Shown here piece after piece: positions 43,385 to 53,400 of a DNA stretch of 64,000 nucleotides. The translations under genes were made by a program, and so were the position numbers. The DNA lies in NCBI GenBank assembly GCA_905182545.1, contig CAJJBY010000003.1, forward strand, positions 30,892-94,891. The letters run 5' to 3'. Origin of the DNA: an uncultured Candidatus Puniceispirillum sp. Its GTDB lineage: Bacteria > Pseudomonadota > Alphaproteobacteria > Puniceispirillales > Puniceispirillaceae. The notes under the pieces were generated by a model. The model saw only the letters and a list, made by a program, of their open reading frames with translations, made no database searches and was not told where the DNA came from. Within the stretch, counting starts at the first letter, position 1; every line of letters starts with the position of its first letter.

Positions 43385-43825
43385 CTACCAACGTCCTGTA
43401 TTTTCCATCGAAAGCCATGGCTCGGCTGGTGGCAGGGAATCGCCTTCTTGCAGCAATTCAATTGAAATATTGTCTGGTGACTTGATAAATGCCATCCGGC
43501 CATCGCGTGGCGGGCGGTTAATCACAATACCAGCATCCATCAGTTGCTGGCATTTTTCGTAGATATTATCAACCTTATAGGCAAGATGGCCGAAATTACG
43601 ACCATAATCATAATCTTCAGGATCCCAATTAAATGTCAGTTCCAGTTCTGGCGCGCCACCAACTTTGCTGCTTTGCATATCTTTTGGTGCTGCCAGAAAA
43701 ATGAGGGTAAAACGACCTTCGGGAACATCCTTGCGGCGCATTTCAATAAGACCAAATTTGGTGCAATAAAAATCGAGTGACTCGTCAAGATCACGAACCC
43801 TAACCATTGTATGAAGAAACCGCAT
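43385..43825 (-). CDS. gloA: Lactoylglutathione lyase (glyoxalase I)
   Basis: [20 protein letters not shown]...ELELTFNWD...[11 protein letters not shown]...[23 protein letters not shown]. Met at 43825 is preferred over the ORF-track start at 43870. Confidence 0.88.
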   Translation of the reverse strand: MRFLHTMVRVRDLDESLDFYCTKFGLIEMRRKDVPEGRFTLIFLAAPKDMQSSKVGGAPELELTFNWDPEDYDYGRNFGHLAYKVDNIYEKCQQLMDAGIVINRPPRDGRMAFIKSPDNISIELLQEGDSLPPAEPWLSMENTGRW

Positions 43826-43909
43826 AATGTCCCTGCCCCCTGTTTCATGCGCGCCAGATGTTACCAGCACCTTTGCCTGATTATGATAGGCGTCAAACCA
43901 AAGCTATGT

Positions 43910-44692
43910 CTAGCCTGTTGTCGGCTTGCCCTGACCGCTGATCCTGTCTGGTCTTGGCTGATTTTTGACCAGCTTTTTGTCACTGGTTGCTGGTGATGAT
44001 ATATCAATTTCAAGACCAATCAGGCTGGCCGCTTCGGCAAGGCTGGTGCAGATTTGAAAATCGGGCGGGTTTGGCAACCGGTTAGATGGGGCAAGGTCGG
44101 GAATCTGAATAACCTTCATGCCAGCGGCCAAGGCAGCGGTGGTGCCATTGTTTGAGTCTTCAAGGGCAAGACAATCACCTGTGTCAATGCCAAGCTTGTG
44201 GGCGGCATCCAGATAAACATCTGGTGCTGGTTTGCCAGCGGGAACTTCATCCCCGCCAGTGACATGCTGGATATAGGGCATCAGGCCGGTTTTCTGCAAA
44301 ATGGCACGCGCTTTTTGGCCAGATGATGAGGTGGCAACAGCGCGCGGCATATCCATCTGGTGAAGGCTTGCCAAAAACGCGTGCGCCCCCGCCTTTAACG
44401 GCACATCATCAAGCAAAAGCTGGCGATAGACATCAAGCCATTCATTTTTGAAGGCAACCGCATCCATATGTGTTGGCAGCATGGCACGAAGAATATCAAT
44501 GCCTGTCGCCGCATTCAGCCCGATCATATCGCGATAATCATCAATCCCGACTTGGAGATCATATCTCGCGGCGGTTGCGATGAACGACTCAAAGGACAAG
44601 GTTTCAGTGTCGAGCAAAAGCCCGTCCATATCAAAAATAACAGCCTTGATTTGGCTGGCCTCAACCGCAGATTTTACCAGTAATAATGGCAT
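43910..44692 (-). CDS. HAD-superfamily hydrolase, subfamily IA (beta-phosphoglucomutase-like)
   Basis: Motif I VIFDMDGLLLDTE, motif II ATSS, and motif IV EDSNNG. Confidence 0.7.
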   Translation of the reverse strand: MPLLLVKSAVEASQIKAVIFDMDGLLLDTETLSFESFIATAARYDLQVGIDDYRDMIGLNAATGIDILRAMLPTHMDAVAFKNEWLDVYRQLLLDDVPLKAGAHAFLASLHQMDMPRAVATSSSGQKARAILQKTGLMPYIQHVTGGDEVPAGKPAPDVYLDAAHKLGIDTGDCLALEDSNNGTTAALAAGMKVIQIPDLAPSNRLPNPPDFQICTSLAEAASLIGLEIDISSPATSDKKLVKNQPRPDRISGQGKPTTG

Positions 44693-44872
44693 GAATATTT
44701 CCCTATGAATGCGGCTTTTACCTGTGCAATGATTTGCCTGAACGCGACTGGCCGACTATGGCATGGATTTGCCGCAAAGGAAAATGCCGGGAACCAGAAT
44801 TGCCATACTGACCTAATCGATGGCGGCATGATGGGGGTGCGATGCAATGAATATGAATTGGACGAATGAAAC

Positions 44873-45277
44873 ATGCTGAAAGCCGAAAATATTCGTTATC
44901 TCGTGGTGCATTGTGCTGATACGCCCGATGACCAGCCGCTTGATGCAAGTGATATTCATCAAATGCATCTTGGCTTTGGTTGGAATGGCATTGGCTATCA
45001 CCGGGTGATTTGCCGTGATGGGCGTATCGAACATGGCCGTCCCGATTATTGGATCGGTGCGCATGTCAAAGGCTTTAATGAGGTCAGCCTTGGCGTCTGT
45101 CTGATTGGTCGCCAAGATTTTACCAATGCCCAATTTGACGCGCTGGAAACCGTTCTTCGTGGTTGGCGGGATGCCTATCCTGATGCCAAAATTTGTGGGC
45201 ATCGTGACTTTGACTATACCGATAAAACCTGTCCGAATTTCAATGTTGGGCAATGGTGTGAAAAGATCGGCTTGTAG
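44873..45277 (+). CDS. N-acetylmuramoyl-L-alanine amidase (Amidase_2 / AmpD-AmiD-PGRP fold)
   Basis: 134 aa: VVHCADTP..., GWNGIGYHRVI, GAHVKGFNEVSLGVCLIG, GHRDF...KTCPNF. Confidence 0.8.
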   Translation: MLKAENIRYLVVHCADTPDDQPLDASDIHQMHLGFGWNGIGYHRVICRDGRIEHGRPDYWIGAHVKGFNEVSLGVCLIGRQDFTNAQFDALETVLRGWRDAYPDAKICGHRDFDYTDKTCPNFNVGQWCEKIGL

Positions 45278-45283
45278 GACCTG

Positions 45284-46100
45284 ATGGCGCTGTTTCGCAT
45301 CATCACCCAATCAGCACCTTTGCGATCTGGCCCTTTTGCCAATGCCGCACTTGATAGTGAATGTCTTTTTGGAGAAGCATTTGAGGCTGAACAATCGGAA
45401 GCTGGATTCAGCTTTGGCAGGCTTGCCAGTGATGGGTATCAGGGCTGGGTTCCAGATAATTGTCTTGGTGCATCTGCCCGCCCCAAATGCGCGGGTCATC
45501 GCCCCGATGAGCGATGTAACCTCACAAGCCGACATCAAAAGCGCGGGGTATTTTCCGCTGTCGCTTGGCGCCTTGGTAACAATCAAAGCATTGCAAGATG
45601 ACCGTGCTGAAATCATCACTTCTAGCGGCAGTGGTTTTTTACCGCGCCAGCATCTTTTGCCATTGGCGTCTCGCGCAGCAGACGACAAGGTGGTGGGTCA
45701 TGTTTTGGGTGATGTGACGCGGGTTGATGATTGGGTCGCAATTGCTGAAAAGCTTGTTGCCAGCCCTTATAAGTGGGGTGGGCGTTGTGCGTGGGGGCTT
45801 GATTGTTCAGCATTGGTGCAATTGGCCTTGGCGGCAGGCGGCATTGATGCGCCGCGTGACTCCGGCCTGCAACATCATATTGGCAGTGGCATTCATGATC
45901 TATTGCAATTGCAACGCGGCGATCTGGTGTTCTGGCTTGGTCATGTTGGCATCATGCAGGACGGTAAAAACCTGCTTCACGCCAATGCGTATCATATGGC
46001 GGTGGCAAGCGAACCGCTCGGTGATGCAATTGCGCGTATTGCGATCACTGCAGGGCCGGTAACCGCACTTCGCCGTCCAATGCCTGATCGGGTGAGATAA
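45284..46100 (+). pseudogene. SH3b plus NlpC/P60 (C40) peptidoglycan endopeptidase, +1 frameshift as sequenced
   Basis: Frame 1 reads MALFRIITQSAPLRSGPF...GYQGWVPDNCLG, then nonsense. The +1 frame reads HLPAPNARVIAPMSDVTSQADIKS...SPYKWGGRCAWGLDCSALVQ...GDLVFW.GHVGIM...LHANAYHM, containing the C40 Cys/His catalytic motifs. The join is at about 45467-45470. Confidence 0.8.
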
Positions 46101-46104
46101 AATT

Positions 46105-47472
46105 CTAGCCACCATTTAGCTGAATCTTATGGCGAAGCAGCCATAGCAAGCAAAGTGATGGAATGACCATCAGCGCGGTGATGACGAAGAACAAACCCCA
46201 ATCACCGCCAAGCCCATCAACCATTGCACCTGATGACGCTGCCAAGGTGGTTCGGCCAATTGTGCCGATCGAGGCCAAAAGCGCATATTGTGTTGCGGTA
46301 TAGGTGCGATCAACAAGAAGCGAAATAAAGGTCACAAACGCAACAGTGGCAAAGGCAGCGGCAATATCGTCAAGCAAAACCGCAAGCGCAAACACCCATT
46401 CAGATTTGCCTGTCCAGGCAAGAACACTGAACATGACATTGGTTACCGCCATTGCAATGCCAGCAATGAACAGGGCGCGAACCGCACCTGACCGAATGGC
46501 AAAAAACCCACCAAGAAGGGTAAAGGTAACGGTGGTTATCCAGCCAAGGCCTTTTGAATAGAGCGCGATATCCGATTTTGAAAAGCCGATTTCGGAATAG
46601 AAGATCAACGACATTTTGCCCATGAAGGCTTCGCCGATTTTGAACAATAGAACAAAGCTTAGAATGCCAAGCCCGATAGCGACGCCATTCTGCCGGAAAA
46701 AACTGGCAAGCGGCCCCCAGACCGTGCTGCCAAGAAAGCCAATGAATCGGGCAAAATGATTATTCGCATCAAGCTTTTTGACGATATCGGCCTCGGCCTT
46801 GTTTTGCGCTTCGATGCGCGCATTGGCGCTTGCTTCGGGAATGAATAAAAGCCCGATATTCGCCAGAATTACCAGCCCGCCAAGCCCGATAAAGGTCAAT
46901 TGCCAGTAATTTTCAAATCCGGCATTTTGCAGGAAATCGGCACTGAAAAGCGCAATGATGCCGCCTATTTTATAGCCGCTCCACCAGCCGGTAACATGAA
47001 TGGCCGCGCCTGCTGCCATTGCGCTTTTTTCCGAAGCGTCGACCTGCTCAATGCGAAGCGCGTCAATGGTGATATCTTGCGATGCTGATGCGGTGGCAAT
47101 GACAAGCCCAACTGCCATCACAAGCCAGATATCTTCTGCCGGGCTAAGCAGACTCCAGGCCAAAAGCGCCAAAATAATGACAATCTGAAAACATAAAATC
47201 CATGCCTTGCGCTGGCCAATTTTGCGGGCAAGTCCGGGAATGCGAATCCGGTCAATCAGCGGCGCCCAGAAAAAATTGATGGCATAGATGCTGAAAATCA
47301 GTCCGGCCCAGCCAATCGCCGACCGGCTTAGGCCATCTTCATTGAGCCATAGCGATAGTGACGAGCCAATCAGAACCCAAGGAAAGCCGCTCATTGCCCC
47401 AAGAAGCAGAATGCGGATCATGCGCCGGTCGCGATAGGCGGCCAGACTTGTCATAAAATCACGCATTATCAT
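46105..47472 (-). CDS. ampG: AmpG family muropeptide MFS permease
   Basis: 455 aa, MFS topology, N-terminal LLGAMSGFPWVLIGSSLSLWL pattern typical of AmpG, in a peptidoglycan-recycling gene context. Confidence 0.7.
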   Translation of the reverse strand: MIMRDFMTSLAAYRDRRMIRILLLGAMSGFPWVLIGSSLSLWLNEDGLSRSAIGWAGLIFSIYAINFFWAPLIDRIRIPGLARKIGQRKAWILCFQIVIILALLAWSLLSPAEDIWLVMAVGLVIATASASQDITIDALRIEQVDASEKSAMAAGAAIHVTGWWSGYKIGGIIALFSADFLQNAGFENYWQLTFIGLGGLVILANIGLLFIPEASANARIEAQNKAEADIVKKLDANNHFARFIGFLGSTVWGPLASFFRQNGVAIGLGILSFVLLFKIGEAFMGKMSLIFYSEIGFSKSDIALYSKGLGWITTVTFTLLGGFFAIRSGAVRALFIAGIAMAVTNVMFSVLAWTGKSEWVFALAVLLDDIAAAFATVAFVTFISLLVDRTYTATQYALLASIGTIGRTTLAASSGAMVDGLGGDWGLFFVITALMVIPSLCLLWLLRHKIQLNGG

Positions 47473-47580
47473 GGCTCCATCAAATTGTGTTTGCTATATT
47501 GGACCCTAGGGCAAAAATGGGGAAAGCAATTTTCTCAAGCCAGCCGTGACATAACTCTATCTAGAAAAAGGTTTGATGCA

Positions 47581-48114
47581 ATGCCGGACTGGTGTCTTGA
47601 TCGTGATAAGGCTGGCCATTATTGGTTGCAAGCTGGTGATCGGGTGCCAAGGCGCGCCATAATTGGCGGTGCTGGTTTCATTGCTGCCGATGGCAAACGC
47701 GAAGGCGATATGGCAACACCAGTTGGCCGGTGGGCATTGCGCCACCTCTATTATCGGCAGGATTTGCTAGGGTCGGTAGATACAGTTATTCCAGCAAGTG
47801 TGATCACGCCGCATTGTGGCTGGTGCGATGATCCGGCGCATCAATATTATAATTGCCATGTGAGTTTGCCCTTTGCCGCCAGCCATGAGGTGATGTGGCG
47901 CGATGATGGCGCTTATGATCTTGTTGTCATGGTGGGGTTTAACGATGCGCCGCCAATCGCTGGACGCGGAAGCGCAATTTTTTTGCATTGTATCGCCGAT
48001 GGCAAAACCAGTACGGCAGGATGTGTGGCGGTGGATCGCGATGATCTTGTCAGCATGCTTGGCCTTGCTGATGCTGATCAATATTTATCAATCGATCCGC
48101 GATTGCTGTCCTAG
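47581..48114 (+). CDS. L,D-transpeptidase catalytic-domain family protein (YkuD_2-like)
   Basis: GWCDDPAHQYYN, SHEVMWRDDGAYDL, and GSAIFLHCIADGKTSTAGCVAV (His...Cys catalytic pair). ATG at 47581 is preferred; the ORF track begins at TTG 47485. Confidence 0.6.
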   Translation: MPDWCLDRDKAGHYWLQAGDRVPRRAIIGGAGFIAADGKREGDMATPVGRWALRHLYYRQDLLGSVDTVIPASVITPHCGWCDDPAHQYYNCHVSLPFAASHEVMWRDDGAYDLVVMVGFNDAPPIAGRGSAIFLHCIADGKTSTAGCVAVDRDDLVSMLGLADADQYLSIDPRLLS

Positions 48115-48867
48115 CGCGGCGTCAATCTGATCGCGGCGGTGACGCAGTTTTTCATTGGTTGGCACCATTGCCACCATCATGCCATTGGCAACAAATCCCA
48201 TTTGAATCATGATCATATTCGAAATTAGATTCAAGCAGATTTTCTGTGCGGTTCCGGCGGTTAACCTTGTTGATCCAGCAATGATTTCACCGCCAGTGGC
48301 AAGCAGGATTGGATGATCGGCACCGGTCAAAAGCGGGGTGTTGGGATTATTGGCAATGCCGATGGTTATTGCGCCTGATTGGCGGGCCGCCTCGATCGCG
48401 CCAAGCGTATAGGGGGTTTTGCCACTGGCAGCGATGCCAATCACAATATCATGCGCGCCACCATCAAGCGCGGTAAAGCCAGCCGCACCAGCGGCGGCAT
48501 CATCTTCGGCATTTTCAATGGCACCCAAAAGCGCCGATGGCCCTCCAGCGATCAAAAAGCCAAGCCGGTCTTTTGGCCAGTTAAAGGTTGGCGGTAATTC
48601 GGCGCCATCTTGAACCCCAATCCGAGCCGATGTGCCAGCACCGGCGTAGATCAGCCGTCCGTTGCCTGTTTGGCTTAGGCGGTCATGCGCAGCAATCGCC
48701 GCGGCTTCGATTGCTGGCAGGGCGGCCTGCAATGCCGGAATGGCACCTGCTTGACTGTCAAGCATAAGCGCCAGCGCCGCTGATGGCGCCATTTTATCAA
48801 CATTACGGTCAGCTGGCGGCACATCTTCGGTGGTGCCGTGATTTGGGTCTCGATTTCTGATCCTCAT
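48088..48867 (-). CDS. murQ: N-acetylmuramic acid 6-phosphate etherase (SIS domain), relatively short C-terminus
   Basis: GRLIYAGAGTSARIGVQDGAELPPTF, IAGGPSALLGAIENAEDD, GIAASGKTPY, STRLTAGTAQK. It ends about 35-40 aa earlier than the MurQ sequences I remember. It overlaps the convergent Ldt-like gene by 27 nt. Confidence 0.8.
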   Translation of the reverse strand: MRIRNRDPNHGTTEDVPPADRNVDKMAPSAALALMLDSQAGAIPALQAALPAIEAAAIAAHDRLSQTGNGRLIYAGAGTSARIGVQDGAELPPTFNWPKDRLGFLIAGGPSALLGAIENAEDDAAAGAAGFTALDGGAHDIVIGIAASGKTPYTLGAIEAARQSGAITIGIANNPNTPLLTGADHPILLATGGEIIAGSTRLTAGTAQKICLNLISNMIMIQMGFVANGMMVAMVPTNEKLRHRRDQIDAALGQQSRID

Positions 48868-48909
48868 CGCGTCACTATAGGCGTCGGTACAGCAAAAGAG
48901 AAGAGACGC

Positions 48910-50079
48910 ATGGCAGGATCGCTTGTTTTAGGCTTGATGTCGGGAACCAGTGCCGATGGCATTGATGCTGCGGTTTTGCAAACCGACGGCCAGACATTTC
49001 AAACGACCGACAGTTCTGGGTCTTTTGACTATCGACCCGAAACCCGCGCCGGTATTTGGGCGGCTGTGGACAATGCGTATGATCATATGCGTGATGATGC
49101 CGCCCGCCATCATCTTGATCGGCTGATTGCCGAAGATCATGCGAAAGCAGTTTTGCAATTGATTGACAGTAGCAATCTATCGCCAAATTTAATCGGCTTT
49201 CATGGTCAGACAATCTATCATAACCCCACTGGCGATGATGGCCACCCGCTTGGGCGCACGACAATCCAGCTTGGCAATGCGGAATTATTGGCCGCCAAAA
49301 CCGGCTTGCCAGTTGTGCATGATGTGCGGCGCGCCGATATGGCGGCTGGCGGGCAGGGTGCGCCCTTGGCACCGGTGTTCCATGCGGCGATGCTGGCGCG
49401 TCTTTCTGTCGATTTGCCAGCGGTTCTGGTCAATATTGGGGGGGTTGCCAATCTGACATGGGTTGCGAATCAAACAGGGGGTTTCTCGCAAACAGGGATG
49501 GAAGGTGGCGCTGGTGTGATCGGATTTGATACCGGCCCGGGCAATGCGTTGATGGATGATTATATGCGGCTTTATTGCGATGCTGATTTTGACAAAGATG
49601 GCGCATTGGCGGCAAGCGGCATAGCCGATGCCAAGCTTGTTGATGCATGGCTTGATCAGCCTTATTTTACCGCTAATTGGCCAAAGTCGCTTGATCGTCA
49701 GGCGTTTCGCCATTGCCTTGATGATGCGCGATTATTGGCCAAAGCGCCAGCCGATGCGATGGCAAGCCTTGCTCTATTCACGGCAAACAGCATTGCTGCT
49801 GCAATTGATCAATTGCCTGCGCCGCCGCGAACAATCCTGATTGCCGGCGGTGGCAGGCGCAATCTTTGCCTTCTATCGCATTTGCAAAGCACTTTTGGTA
49901 GCGCCGTGCAAGATGGCGCTGTTGCTGGCGACAGGCCGTTATTTTTGCCTGATATGCTTGAGGCCGAATTAATGGCGTTTTTGGCAGCGCGGCATATCGC
50001 TGGATTACCAACATCATTTCCGGCAACAACGGGTTGCCATCAACCGGTTTGTGGCGGCGTGCTGGTAAGGCCGGTTTAG
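48910..50079 (+). CDS. anmK: Anhydro-N-acetylmuramic acid kinase
   Basis: MAGSLVLGLMSGTSADGIDAAV..., FHGQTIYH, DFD.GPGN-type motifs. The internal Met at 48910 is preferred to the ORF-track start at 48838. Confidence 0.85.
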   Translation: MAGSLVLGLMSGTSADGIDAAVLQTDGQTFQTTDSSGSFDYRPETRAGIWAAVDNAYDHMRDDAARHHLDRLIAEDHAKAVLQLIDSSNLSPNLIGFHGQTIYHNPTGDDGHPLGRTTIQLGNAELLAAKTGLPVVHDVRRADMAAGGQGAPLAPVFHAAMLARLSVDLPAVLVNIGGVANLTWVANQTGGFSQTGMEGGAGVIGFDTGPGNALMDDYMRLYCDADFDKDGALAASGIADAKLVDAWLDQPYFTANWPKSLDRQAFRHCLDDARLLAKAPADAMASLALFTANSIAAAIDQLPAPPRTILIAGGGRRNLCLLSHLQSTFGSAVQDGAVAGDRPLFLPDMLEAELMAFLAARHIAGLPTSFPATTGCHQPVCGGVLVRPV

Positions 50080-50765
50080 ATCAGCGCATCAGATCCTGGA
50101 ACATAAAATGGCCGGTAAGGTGGTGGTGGTGGCAACAGATCACGGATATCGGCAAATGGAAACCGGCTATCAAGCCGGTAGGCTTCGGCATAATGGCCGT
50201 CAGGCGCGTTACATTGGGCGGCACGAAACCGGTTCATGATCGCGCTGGCGCGGACAAATCGTGATGGATCCTGGCTGTGATGCGCCATGATGGCCTTTTG
50301 TTTGGCGGCGAAATGCGGGGTGATATCAATATAATAATCCGGCGTAAAACCGACCCCCATCAGGGTGTCACAAAACAGCACTGGACAGATGAATCCGGCA
50401 GCTTCACGAACACAGGCCGCCAGCGCGCGATGATCGGGGTGATAATCTTCAGGCGCATGGGTGATCACAAGATTGGGCGCTGCATTGCGAATGAAATCCC
50501 TAATGCGGTTTTGGGCGTTTGGCGCATCGGCAAGCTGGCCATCGGGAAGATCAAGCAAGGTTGGCGTGCCAAGCGCGGCAAGCCCGTTTTTGGCTTCTTC
50601 AGCACGTTGCCTTGCCAATTCGGCGCCTTGGTTTACACCGCCAGCTGCGCCATCAGTAGCAACGCCAAGGATCAGATTGTCGCCGCGCGACGATGCAGCT
50701 GCCAAAAAACCATAGGCAAAGATTTCCAGATCATCAGGATGTGCGCCAATGGCCACAATATTCAT
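50076..50765 (-). CDS. PIG-L / LmbE family N-acetylglucosaminyl deacetylase
   Basis: MNIVAIGAHPDDLEI..., HPDH, and HHSQ motifs. The internal Met at 50765 is preferred; the ORF track extends to 50945 and would overlap the divergent gene. Confidence 0.7.
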   Translation of the reverse strand: MNIVAIGAHPDDLEIFAYGFLAAASSRGDNLILGVATDGAAGGVNQGAELARQRAEEAKNGLAALGTPTLLDLPDGQLADAPNAQNRIRDFIRNAAPNLVITHAPEDYHPDHRALAACVREAAGFICPVLFCDTLMGVGFTPDYYIDITPHFAAKQKAIMAHHSQDPSRFVRASAIMNRFRAAQCNAPDGHYAEAYRLDSRFPFADIRDLLPPPPPYRPFYVPGSDALI

Positions 50766-50928
50766 TTGCTGGCTCCGTCTTGATCGCTTGCGATGGCTAA
50801 ATAGATGTCGCAAAGCTTTTGCTTTCGCCTCGAAATAGGCTTTAATGATGTCCATGATAGCGAATGCAAAGCCGGTAACAAATAACAATCGTATAATACG
50901 CGGCAAACGGGCAAGGGACAGGGCATAA

Positions 50929-52086
50929 ATGACGCTGAATTTCACCGGCTATATCGAAGGATATTATGGCAGGCTTTTTGATTGGCGTGATCGCAACCGG
51001 CTTCTTGGTGGCGTTGCCGCAGCAGGGATGACAAGCTATTTTTACGCTCCAAAAGAAGATGCGTGTCATCGGCAATTTTGGCGCCAGCCCTATGACAAGG
51101 CGTGGCAAGCTGAATTTACCCAATTTGCGGCCACCGCAGCGGCCAAGAATATTCACCTGATTGCCGGTATCGCGCCCGGGCTGGATTTTGATTTTGCCAG
51201 TCTGGATGCGTCGATGGATCAGAAAAATGATTTTACCATTTTGGTGGCAAAGGCGCGCCAGTTTTTGGCAAATGGTGCTAGTATGATTGCGCTATTGATG
51301 GATGATATCGCCGCTGATTTCGAGGCGCGATCGGGCAGTTTTACAAATGAAGGCAGGGCGCATGCGGCGCTCGCCAACCGGCTTGGGTCGGCCATTGACG
51401 CTGCGATCATCATTGTGCCGCGTATCTATGCCGATAGTTTGATCACGCCAGATGATGCGCAATCCTTAACCTATCTTGAACAGTTTGCCAGCCATCTCGA
51501 CCAACAGCATCGGGTGGTCTATTGCGGTGATGATATTGTTGCGCCGCGCCCTTTTGGTGATGCTTGCGGTTATCTTGATCCGGCATCAACCATCATCTGG
51601 GATAATTTTTACGCCAATGATTACTGTCCGCGGCGGCTATTTTTAGGGCCGTGGCGCAGCGCCAGCATGCCGAATATAATGCTGAATCCAACAGGCATAA
51701 TAGAGACTGATTTGCTGCTTTTGGGGCTGATGGCGGGAGCGCGCGATCAGGCTGGGCGCGGCAGTGACGCTGGCAAGACATACTGGCGTGAAGTGATACA
51801 AAAAGCAGCGGTGCCGGATCCGTTTTTTGACATTGCCGCCTATTTTGATGCGCCTTATGGCTTTGCCACAGAATTTGAGTTGCCTTCGGTGAAAACCGCA
51901 TTGGCGGCGCTGGACATTTTGCTGTGGCGCTGGAAATCGCCGCTTCAACGTGAATGGTACCCGCATCTGATGGGGCTGAAACAGGATATTCTGCTGGCCA
52001 ATGGTGAATTGCCATTGGAACGGATCGAAAAAACCCAAACGGCGCCGCTTGCCCGCCACCTTGGTGGTTTTGCAGCAAAAGGTTAA
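50929..52086 (+). CDS. GH84-like beta-N-acetylglucosaminidase domain protein
   Basis: N-terminal GYIEGYYGRLFDWRDRNRLL...YFYAPKEDACHRQFWRQPY and LLMDDI match the (beta/alpha)8 O-GlcNAcase/NagJ-type signature. Confidence 0.6.
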   Translation: MTLNFTGYIEGYYGRLFDWRDRNRLLGGVAAAGMTSYFYAPKEDACHRQFWRQPYDKAWQAEFTQFAATAAAKNIHLIAGIAPGLDFDFASLDASMDQKNDFTILVAKARQFLANGASMIALLMDDIAADFEARSGSFTNEGRAHAALANRLGSAIDAAIIIVPRIYADSLITPDDAQSLTYLEQFASHLDQQHRVVYCGDDIVAPRPFGDACGYLDPASTIIWDNFYANDYCPRRLFLGPWRSASMPNIMLNPTGIIETDLLLLGLMAGARDQAGRGSDAGKTYWREVIQKAAVPDPFFDIAAYFDAPYGFATEFELPSVKTALAALDILLWRWKSPLQREWYPHLMGLKQDILLANGELPLERIEKTQTAPLARHLGGFAAKG

Positions 52087-52168
52087 TCCCGCGAAAACCG
52101 AGGATTTGCAGCTTTGGTTTGATGAAGTCAATCAGCAAATTGTCAAATTTATGCTCTGTTGAAATGAC

Positions 52169-53332
52169 CTAAAGCGTCAAAGATGATAGGCGACCAGTAA
52201 GCTTGGCAATCACATCGCGGCCTGCATTGGCAAAGGCAAAGCGAAGTGCGCCATCCTGTCCAGCCCCAAAAAAGGCTCCTGGAATAACAAGAACACCCGC
52301 CTTACGCGCCATGGTTTCGGCAAGCTGGCGCGAGCCAGCACCGGTAAAAGGGTGACGAACATAACCAAAATAGGCACCGCTGCTTAGCAGATCCCAACCG
52401 GGTGAATCATCCATTGCGGTTCGAAATACGGCGGCGCGGGCAGCGATTCTTTCGCGGTTCTCCTGTCGCCAGCTTGTCATGGATGCCAACATTGGCGTCA
52501 AGGCATGCTGTGCCACACGCGGGGCGCAAATCTGGATATTATCAATAACTTTTGCCAGTTGGGCGATCACATCGCAGCCGGCAATGATGGCGCCAAGCCG
52601 ATGCCCGGGAAGACAATAGGATTTCGAAAAGCTGTAAAGCTGGATCAGCGATGATTGCCAACTGTCCTGCGCGAAAAGATGATGCGGTACATCCATATCA
52701 AGTGGCATAAAATCGCGGTAGGTTTCGTCAAGAATAAGCCAAATGCCCCGCGTTTGACACAAGGTCAGAATATCAGCAAGAAGCGGTGCCGGATAGATGC
52801 TGCCTGCCGGATTATTGGGGCTGACCAGCGCGATCGCGCGTGTTTGTGGCCCGATAGCAGCATCAATCAAAGCACAATTGGGAAGCAGGCCACCATCATC
52901 ATTACAATCAACATAATCAATGCCGACGCCAAGCATGCCAAGCGTCGATTCATGGTTGAAATAGCAGGGGCGCATCATCAAGATACGGTCGCCATGTCCC
53001 GCAAGCGCCAGCACGGTTGCAACAAAGGCCTGATTACAGCCCGAGGTGATTTGCACTTCACTGTGATCAATTTTGGCATTGTAAATCTGGCTTACATGAT
53101 CGGCATAGGCGCTGCGAAATTCGGGATCACCCTCAACCGGCCCGTAACGCGCCAATGCCGGATCAGATGCCCCCTTGGCCAATGCCGCCAAAATATCGGG
53201 ATGCGCAGAATAGCCGGGAACAGCCTGACTCATATCAATCAAAGGCCCGTTGGCACCATCATAAGATGATTTCCAGTTCAGCACGATTGAAACAGGCGGC
53301 GCATTTAGAGTGGCAACAGCAGAATTAAACAT
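52169..53332 (-). CDS. PLP-dependent aminotransferase, class I/II
   Basis: 387 aa: SPNNPAG, LILDETY, and YSFSKSY (PLP lysine) motifs. Confidence 0.8.
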   Translation of the reverse strand: MFNSAVATLNAPPVSIVLNWKSSYDGANGPLIDMSQAVPGYSAHPDILAALAKGASDPALARYGPVEGDPEFRSAYADHVSQIYNAKIDHSEVQITSGCNQAFVATVLALAGHGDRILMMRPCYFNHESTLGMLGVGIDYVDCNDDGGLLPNCALIDAAIGPQTRAIALVSPNNPAGSIYPAPLLADILTLCQTRGIWLILDETYRDFMPLDMDVPHHLFAQDSWQSSLIQLYSFSKSYCLPGHRLGAIIAGCDVIAQLAKVIDNIQICAPRVAQHALTPMLASMTSWRQENRERIAARAAVFRTAMDDSPGWDLLSSGAYFGYVRHPFTGAGSRQLAETMARKAGVLVIPGAFFGAGQDGALRFAFANAGRDVIAKLTGRLSSLTL

Positions 53333-53400
53333 GTGATTTGCCTATGCTAGCAATGTGGGGCAAGAATAGCGCTAGATTAGCCAGAGATGGGGTGCCAGAC

